Assembly: GCA_038087875.1 (NCBI GenBank)
Contig: JAXLNO010000189.1
Coordinates: forward strand, 62,001-121,411
Length of the DNA stretch: 59,411 nucleotides
DNA from: Malacoraja senta
Taxonomy: Eukaryota
Direction: 5' to 3'
In this document: positions 50,713 to 59,411 of the stretch, one piece after another
Numbering within the stretch: the first letter of the stretch is position 1
Layout of the letters: the number at the start of each line of letters is the position of its first letter
Notes under the pieces: generated by a model
What the model was told of the DNA's origin: nothing
What the model saw: only the letters and a program-made list of their open reading frames with translations
Databases searched by the model: none
Made by a program: the position numbers and the translations under genes

Positions 50713-53417
50713 CATAGATACATAGATACATAGATACATAGAAAATAGGTGCAGGAGTAGGCCATTCGGCCCTTCGAGCCTGCACTGCCAATCAATATGA
50801 TCATGGCTGATCATCCAACTCAGTATCCCGTACCTGCCTTCTCTCCATACCCCCTGATCCCTTTAGCCACAAGGGCCACATCTAACTCCCTCTTAAATAT
50901 AGCCAATGAACTGGCCTCAACTACCCTCTGTGGCAGAGAGTTCCAGAGATTCACCACTCTCTGTGTGAAAACGTTTTTTCTCATCTCGGTCTTAAAGGAT
51001 TTCCCCCTTATCCTTAAGCTGTGACCCCTTGTCCTGGACTTCCCCAACATCGGGAACAATCTTCCTGCATCTAGCCTGTCCAACCCCATAAGAATTTTGT
51101 AAGTTTCTATAAGATCCCCTCTCAATCTCCTAAACTCTAGTGAGTATAAGCCGAGTCTATCCAGTCTTTCTTCATATGCCATCCCAGGAATCAGTCTGGT
51201 GAACCTTCTCTGCACTCCCTCTATGGCTATAATGTCCTTCCTCAGATTTGGAGACCAAAACTGTACGCAATATTCCAGGTGTGGTCTCACCAAGACCCTG
51301 TACAACTGCAGTAGAACCTCCCTGCTCCTATACTCAAATCCTTTTGCTATGAAAGCTAACATACCATTCGCTTTCTTCACTGCCTGCTGCACCTGCATGC
51401 CTACTTTCAATAAATGGTGTACCATGACACCCAGGTCTCGCTGCATCTCCCCTTTTCCTAATCAGCCACCATTTAGATAATAGTCTGCTTTCCTGTTTTT
51501 ACCACCAAAGTGGATAACCTCACATTTATCCACATTATACTGCATCTGCCAAACATTTGCCCACTCACCCAGCCTATCCAAGTCACCTTGCAGTCTCCTA
51601 GCATCGTCCTCACAGCTAACACTGCCCCCCAGCTTAGTGTCATCCGCAAACTTGGAGATGTTGCCTTCAATTCCCTCATCCAGTTCATTAATATAAATTG
51701 TAAATAGCTGGGGTCCCAGCACTGAGCCTTGCGGTACCCCACTAGTCACTGCCTGCCATTGTGAAAAGGACCCGTTTACTCCTACTCTTTGCTTCTTGTT
51801 TGCCAGCCAGTTCTCTATCCACATCAATACTGAACCCGTGTGCTTTAAGTTTGTATACTAATCTCTTATGTGGGACCTTGTCGAAAGCCTTCTGAAAGTC
51901 CAGATACAACACATTCACTGGTTCTCCCCTATCCACTCTACTAGTTACATCCTCGAAAAATTCTATAAGATTCGTCAGACATGATTTACCTTTCGTAAAT
52001 CCATGCTGACTTTGTCCAATGATTTCACCACTTTCCAAATGTGCTGCTATCCCATCTTTAATAACTGACTCTAGCAGTTTCCCCACTACCGATGTTAGAC
52101 TAACTGGTCTGTAATTCCCCGTTTTCTCTCTCCCTCCCTTCTTAAAAAGTGGGGTTACGTTTGCTACCCTCCAATCCTCAGGAACTACTCCAGAATCTAA
52201 AGAGTTTTGAAAAATTATCACTAATGCATCCACTATTTCTGGAGCTACTTCCTTAAGTACTCTGGGATGCAGCCTATCTGGCCCTGGTGATTTATCGGTC
52301 TTTAATCCATTCAATTTACCCAACACCACTTCCCGACTAACCTGGATTTCACTCCGTTCCTCCATATCCTTTGACCCGCGGTCCCCTGCTATTTCAGGCA
52401 GATTATTTATGTCTTCCTTAGTGAAGACGGAACCAAAGTAGTTATTCAATTGGTCCGCCATATCCTTGTTCCCCATGATCAATTCACCTGTTTCTGACTG
52501 CAAGGGACCTACATTTGTTTTAAACAATCTCTTTCTCTTCACATATCTATAAAAACTTTTGCAGTCAGTTTTTATGTTTCCTGCCAGTTTTCTTTCATAA
52601 TCTGTTTTCCCTTTCCTAATTTAGCCCTTTGTCCTCCTCTGCTGGTCTCTGAATTTCTCCCAGTCCTCTGGTATGCTGCTTTTTCTGGCTAATTTGTACG
52701 CATCATCTTTTCCTTTGATACTATCCCTGATTTCCCTTGTTATCCACGGATGCACTACCTTCCCTGATTTATTCTTTTGCCAAACTGGGATGAACAATTT
52801 TTGTAGTTCGTCCATGCAGTCTTTAAATGCCTTCCATTGCATATCCACCATCAACCCTTTTAGAACTAATTGCCAGTCAATCTTGGCCAATTCACGTCTC
52901 ATACCCTCAAAGTTACCTTTCTTTAAGTTCAGAACCATTGTTTCTGAATTAACAATGTCACTCTCCATCCTAATGAAGAACTCAACCATATTATGGTCAC
53001 TCTTGCCCAAGGGGGCACGCACAACAAGACTGCTAACTAACCCTTCCTCATTACTCAATACCCAGTCTAGAATAGCCAGCTCTCTCGTTGGTTCCTCTAC
53101 ATGTTGATTTAGAGAACTATCCCGCATACATTCCAAGAAATCCTCTTCCTCAGCACCCCTGCCAATTTGATTCACCCAAACTATATGTAGATTGAAGTCA
53201 CCCATTATAACTCTTTTACCCTTGTTGCACGCATTTCTAATTTCCTATTTGATGCCATCCCCAACTTCACTACTACTGTTAGGTGGCCTGTACACAACAC
53301 CCACCAGCGTTTTCTGCCCCTTAGTGTTTCGCAGCTCTACCCATTCCGATTCCACATCCTCCAAGCTAATGTCCTTCCTTTCCACTGCGTTAATCTCCTC
53401 TCTAACCAGCAACGCTA
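50713..53417 (-). mobile_element. CR1 LINE, most of ORF2, relatively young but frameshifted
   Basis: [25 protein letters not shown]; (TATCTATG)n tail. Confidence 0.95.
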
Positions 53418-55109
53418 GTTCACATTAGTTTTGTTTTGACCAACTAATTATCATAAACTAATTAAGTTAATATAGACTATATCAAATGCATTGTCCTCAC
53501 AGACCCTCATTTTGACTTAGAAAAACAATAATCATTAGTCTGACAACAAATTTCCTTAATAGATGCCCTCAATTAAACTGTACTTTTAAAAGTGAAGGTT
53601 CATACTGCCTCCTAGAATGGATTCCAATAATTTGCACACAACTGAAGTTAAAATACTATTTATTTAGTTTATCCCTCCATCCCTCCCTCGTTTAAACAAT
53701 GGTACATCTTTGGCATTCCTCCAACCCTTAGGCTAACACTGCGATAGCCAGGGGGATGGAAATGTTGCATTGGAATCCTGCACGATTTCCTCCCTTTCTT
53801 CTTGTATCAGCTTGGGATATATTTCATCCAGCCCTGGTGATTTATCTATTTTGATATATGATAGGTTCACTAGTGCTTCCTCTTAAGTTAGCACAGCCCT
53901 TTGCTAAAAACCAAGGAGAGGGTGCTTAAAGATTACGAACACAGCACAAAATTGTCAACAGCAGTGATCCTGGATTCTTATTTGTTTCCGAGACCTGAAC
54001 CATATGAAACAGGCTTCTCAAAGCACTGACATTTTTTTTATCACAGCTCTCGCTGGAAAATTCTCCAAATTCATTGGTAGGATAAGTGAACCAATGTCGG
54101 AGTCCTATCCCAGGCAAATATCCAGACAATTGAAGCTCAAGTTATTGTCATTGTGCAGGCTATTTGATTCACATACCTGACACCAGGATCACTAAAAAAA
54201 TACTCTAATCTCCCCCTCCACTACACTGTGATTTTGGGGCTTTTTAGACTTGGAAGAAGAGTAGTATTGCTACAGCAAATGAATGCTCTGTTGCTGAACA
54301 GTCCTAAAATCTAGTGCCATTCTAGGGACCCATGGCTTTGCTCGAGTTCTGTAATGGGAACAGATGACCAAGTAGACATAGGAAGTGATTCAAGGATGGG
54401 CTCAAAGTTTCCTTGAAAAAAGCACAACTTCTCAACTGAGGAATCGCTAACCCATGACTGCTGTAAGTGCAAGAGTACTTAGGTGATACTGGGAACATCA
54501 AGTCAAGTATCAGGATCGTATTTGACGAGCTTCTCAATATCACCCAAATCTTTCAAATTCAATTGTAGGATGTGAGAGTAGACAGCAAGATCAGTGCACC
54601 TCAGAACCTGCAAACCCTGTGTAGAAAAAAATCATGTTCTTGGGGGTTGCCTATGGAGAAGGAAAAAAATCACTGACATTTTCTCCATTTAAATCTTACA
54701 AATGCATTCTTTGGCAAAGCCTTGCCAACCAGGTAAACACTTCATCTAATTTTAACACAGACAAAATCCTATAAAACTGGGCTTCGAAGTGTAGCTCATT
54801 TACTGTCCATCTAAGTGAAGTGAGAACGCCCCTGTCGGGGAAGGAACAAAGGAGGACCCAGCGTGGGGAGACCACCATGAGGAGGGTGAGGTGTGCAGGA
54901 CAAAGTGGGACCTGGCGCGGGGGTAATTTGTAAGTGCCCTTTATGTGCGACTATTTGCATACCTTGAGTATGCAAGCAAAGAATTTCACAGTGACTTGTC
55001 ACATGTTACAATAAAGTATTCAATCAATTAATCAATTAAACAAGAAGGTCAACCTCACTTTCTAACTGCAAATTAAATTGATGCAATTATTCTGCAACTT
55101 GGGAAAGAA

Positions 55110-55262
55110 AAATGCTGAAACAACTCAGCGGGACAGGCAGCATCTCTGGAGAGAAGGAATGGGTGATGTTTCGGGTCCTTCTCTCCAGAGATGCTGCCTG
55201 TCCTGCTGAGTTACTCCAGCATTTTGTGTTTACCTTTGATTTAAACCAGCATCGGCAGTTAT
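55110..55262. repeat. Palindromic Penelope-end derivative (28-bp perfect stem)
   Basis: 55131-55158 is the exact reverse complement of 55176-55203. Confidence 0.9.
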
Positions 55263-56733
55263 TTCCTACACAATAACACAATAACAGTTTGCTTCCTACA
55301 CTGTTCTTGATCCTTATAAGTATATAATCAGAATACATTCCTTCTTAAAGAATATTGCATAATATAATCTAATTCCTGGGATATTTTAAATAACATTATG
55401 ACTAACACTGATTCTGTGTGCTTGTAGTCCCTTTGTTAATTATGTCAGCATTCACATCATTTGCTTTTAAAATGAGCCAAAAAGGAGTACAATTAATTTC
55501 AGAAATGCAAAATAATGTGTCATTAGAATGTGCTGGCTTAAAAAAATTCAATTGTAGGATGTGAGAGTAGACAGCAAGAACACGAAGTCTTGATATCCTG
55601 AATGGCTCTTGAATTGAATGACTTGCTCAGCAATTTCAGAGGGAAATTAAGAGCCAACACACAATAGTGTCCACCATCATGTCTTATAGAGAGAGGATTT
55701 TCCTTCCTGAAGCAGAAGATTTTTCATACTTTCCAATGGTTTAATGGTTATCAACCTTGTTCCAGAATGTTACTTCATTAAATTGAAACTCCCCAGCAAC
55801 TGGAGAGAGATTTGAACTCCTGTCCCCAGTCAATATTCCAGGCCACTGAATTTACTGCTCCTGCAGGATAACCTGCGCTCTATCATACCCAGAATTTGAG
55901 GAATGTTCAGCAATAGAGCATTCATAGGTCATTTGCTGCTGCATTACTTCCATCTCCCATGCCAAAACTAGCCAGAAAATCACAGGTAAATGGAGGGAGG
56001 AGAGGGAACACATGCAATGAAGTTTATCCTTTGATGTTCCTCTTAGACTTGTACCATGCACCGACCAGGAGTCTCAATGCAATTTTAATGGATCTGGTAA
56101 ACAATGAGTCCTAACAATGGAGTCTAAACAATAGGGTTTAGTGCTAGGGCGAGAATGGAAAGTGTGATGACTGCATCCTTTTTAAGGATTCCATGTTTAT
56201 ATTGTTTATATATTATTTCTATATGTTTTACATCTGAAATCCTCCCTTTTTCTCAGGCATAAAGGCTCCGCAATGACAAATGTTGACAATGAATCACCAA
56301 AGTCCTGGAAAAGGGAGTGAGCATCCCTTGTTCACACCCTTGAGGCAGATTGCCACTCCTCCCTGCCCAACCTACCCAGGAAATTCTCACCAATACCTGG
56401 CTTCTAATCGAAATCTTGGTCCGAGGCAGGAGTGGGTGAAAAGTTTCTAACCCCTCAGAAAAAACCCAAATCAATAAGACTGTCCACCCACTGAACATAT
56501 CACAGAATCCCTGGCCTCACTGTTCCTTTCTTGGCTTTGAAGTTTTCATTACTTCACCAAGTAATTCACCACGTAAAAAGTACATGACGCATTTTATATT
56601 AATTTGCCAGAGGAGAAAATTCACATATTGCTTGGTAACAGGGGCGTTAAAAATCTATTTACATTCTTGTGAAGCTATAATCTTTGTAACTATGTTTTCA
56701 GTTATAAATTGTTTATCGGAAAAAGCTACTTAC

Positions 56734-56835
56734 TGGAAGAGGAGAATTTGAACGATGTGGCTCATCAACTTCAACTTGTTGATAGAAAAAAGTCAGCAAC
56801 AGGCACCATGATATGATCCTGGATCGAGGCAGCAT
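56734..56835 (-). CDS. ADGRF5: ADGRF5-like first coding exon (signal peptide MLPRSRIISWCLLLTFFYQQVEV...); exon extends 5' to the acceptor at 56861
   Basis: gtttttccag acceptor 26 nt above the ATG, 102 coding nt, gtaagt donor in phase 0 matching the next exon. Confidence 0.8.
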
Positions 56836-57279
56836 TTCAAATGAGTAAAATGGTGAATTTACTGGAAAAACAAACAGAAACGCATGATTGAATACATAAG
56901 CTATGATGCAAACTTTGCAAATACATTTATGGTGGACAAATAACTTCAGATCTTCAAAGATGCAGAGTAAAGATGCGACGTCATGCGGAGGAATAGAATG
57001 CCTCAATTTGGAAAGGGGTGGTATTTGAGCACACAATGGTGGAGTGGAAGTGATGGGGAACATCCCAGTAAAATATATTGACTGGAGTTATGTTCCTTCG
57101 TTTTTCTTCCTGTTATCACAGATATCCTTACTCTAACTGAAAATCCTAAAAAAAAATGCAAATGCTGTAAATCTGAAACAAAAACAGAAAATACTGAAAA
57201 CACTCAATAGATCAGGCACCATCTGTGAAACGAGAAATAGTTATTATTTCATGTCTAGGGCCCTTTATCAGCACTAGTA

Positions 57280-57810
57280 TGAAAGTGTCTAAAGGACAAT
57301 TAGATAGGTACATGGATAGGGAAAATCTGGAGAGATATGGTGCAGGCAACACAGAGGGTGATCGGTATATGGGACAAGCTATCAGAGGAGATAGTTGAGG
57401 CAGATATTATTACATCATTTAAAAGAGATTTGGACAGGTACTTGAATTGGAAAGATTTAGAGGTTTAAAGTTACCCCTCAGATTCCTATTAAATATTTCC
57501 CCTCTCACCTTAAAATTATATCCTCTGGTTCTTTATTCCCCCACTCTGGGTATAGGACTGTATGTATTCATCTTATCTATTACCCTCAGGATTTCATACA
57601 ACTCTCCAAGATCTCCCCTCAGCCTCCTGCACGCCAAGGAATATAATCCTAGCCTGCCCAACCTCTCCCTATAATTCAGGCCTTCAAGTCCTGCCAACAT
57701 CCTCTGCACATTTCCAGCTTAACAAGATCTTTCCTATAGGTTGGGTGACCAAAACTAAACACAATACTCCAAATGCAGCCCCACTAATGTCTTGTACAAC
57801 TGTAATATTA
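57280..57810. mobile_element. CR1 fragments in both orientations
   Basis: Plus-strand 3' pieces to about 57460, minus-strand RT C-terminus 57465-57810. Confidence 0.75.
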
Positions 57811-58107
57811 CATCCAAAATGAAATGTTAACTCTGTATGTTCAGTGTGACAGGGCAAATTTCTGATAAAGTGACCCAAAAGTAACTGATGGAGATTATAA
57901 TCCTGGCCACAACTAAACTATCACTGCTAGGAATTCATAAGGCTCATAAAATCATGCAGCAAATTTGTCTTCTTTTCTTCAAAATTGTCAGCTACATCTA
58001 ACACAAAGCCAAACTTTATACAAATATTTCAGATTCTTGTAAACATTTATAAAAGGCAAGAAATTACAGTAACAATAAGTGATATTTTAAATTATAACAT
58101 ATTGACA

Positions 58108-58590
58108 TAGATAGAACATGGAAAAGTAGCACAGAAACAGACCCTTTGGCCCACAACGTCTGTGCCGAACCTAATACCTAGACTAATATTATTTGCCCAA
58201 ACATGATCATTCCAAGCATATCCATGTGGCTATCTAAAAGCTTTTTAAATGCCACCATTGTATCTGCCTCAACTACCACCCTAGGCAACTTGTCTAGGCA
58301 CCCATCACCCTCTGTGAAAAAACTTGCCCCGCATATCTGTTTTAAAAGGTTCTGACAGTCCACCTTATCTACATCTCTCATAATTTCATATACTTCTACA
58401 GGGTCTCCTCAACTTCCAGCGTTCTGGGGAAAACCATCCAACCTTATCTTGTAGCTAATATCCCCTAATCAAGGAAGCATTCCGGTAAACCTCCACTGCA
58501 CCCTCTCCAAACCCTCCACATCCTTCCTATAATGGGGTGAGCAGAACTGTACACAATACTTCAAATGCGGCCTAACCAATGTCTTACTTC
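58108..58590 (-). mobile_element. CR1 3' fragment
   Basis: LPRVVVEADTMVAFKKLLD. Confidence 0.8.
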
Positions 58591-58647
58591 GTGACTTCCT
58601 GAAGTAGCTGGCATGAAAAATAATTAATTATATTGTACTCAGTGCAT

Positions 58648-58962
58648 CACAGTGGCATAGCAGATAATTCTGCTCCTTTTGTGATCCAGTAACTTGCTTC
58701 ACCTTAGACGGTGTACATGTAGAGTTAGCACGGTCTCCCTGTGACCACATCGGTTTCTGTAGGGTATTCTATACCACATCCCAAAGGCATGCTGGCTGGT
58801 AGGTTAATTGGTTCCTGTAAATTGTCCAATGTGCTGGATAGGTAGTAAGAAAATCAAGGTGGAGTTGATGGGCATGTGACAGAATTGATTCCAGGTAAAT
58901 AAGTTGGGGATAGTGATTGCACTGAAAGCTGATGTAGATCCATGAGCTTAATGGCCTCGTGT
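58648..58962 (+). mobile_element. V-SINE (HE1-like), degenerate
   Basis: cacagtggcatagc head, V-domain cacatcccaaaggcatg...ggttaattgg...taaattgtcc. Confidence 0.65.
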
Positions 58963-59411
58963 TGTAGGTGGTGGGGGGGGGGGGGAGATACTAGAAAAGC
59001 ACATACATTTTGGAGTGATTATAAAAGTACAGTATTAAATTTGAATTATCATTGTGAAGAGAACATACAAAAAGCAATTTCAGAGAATCTGATCAGGAAG
59101 TGCACTCCTGACGCGTGCTGGAAAAGTGCCGATTCCAGTCAGTGAATTTGCATCAATTAAAAGGCAGACGGAAAAACATTATTTGCGTGAGACGGATGAA
59201 TCAAAGCAGAAAATCTCCTTTCTCATCACAAGGATGTGGGAGGACAAAATTGTTTTCATATTATAAAATAGCGATGTTGTTAATTCACAACTGGAATGTA
59301 AGATGACACATCTGAACTGGTAAAACAAGTAAGCCAACATACCATGATTTTCAAGTCAAAGCAACAATTATAATATTGAGACTGCTCATGTTTCTTTTTC
59401 TATGTAATGGT

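Noticed and set aside
55852..56061. Hydrophobic ORF as the signal-peptide exon
   Set aside because: The 56734-56835 exon has better splice sites, the right phase and a better signal peptide.
578..59306. Numerous short antisense ORFs in the ORF track
   Set aside because: Shadows of LINE coding strands, repeated wherever CR1/L1 occur, or random ORFs with non-ATG starts.

Overview
Vertebrate nuclear DNA, most likely a cartilaginous fish such as a skate or ray (inferred from the repeat repertoire: CR1, HE1/V-SINE, Penelope, Rex1). The window holds the 5' part of one host gene on the minus strand, an adhesion GPCR of the ADGRF (GPR116/ADGRF5-like) type. I assembled 7 phase-consistent coding exons by eye (56835-56734, 42413-42347, 40479-40324, 39159-38899, 20153-20047, 14391-14333, 12127-12006; 874 nt, no stops). 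They encode a signal peptide, an RQRR furin site, a Cys-rich domain, a Thr/Pro linker and a SEA domain; the gene continues left of the window. The introns are mostly decayed, nested mobile elements. These include two apparently full-length L1s that both carry 5' inversions, a BEL/Pao element holding a composite CR1 + unique DNA + CR1-tail insert, and an 11.3 kb class-I ERV derivative (tRNA-Pro PBS, 769-bp LTRs, 4-bp TSD) that landed about 20 nt from a splice acceptor. Also present are a hAT/CGGBP1-like transposon, a Helitron, MITEs, Penelope fragments with degenerate hammerhead-ribozyme cores, RTE, Rex1 and many CR1 copies. I see no intact autonomous element and no clearly new gene system. The most unusual signals concern retrotransposition mechanism: twin priming and probable CR1 3' transduction.
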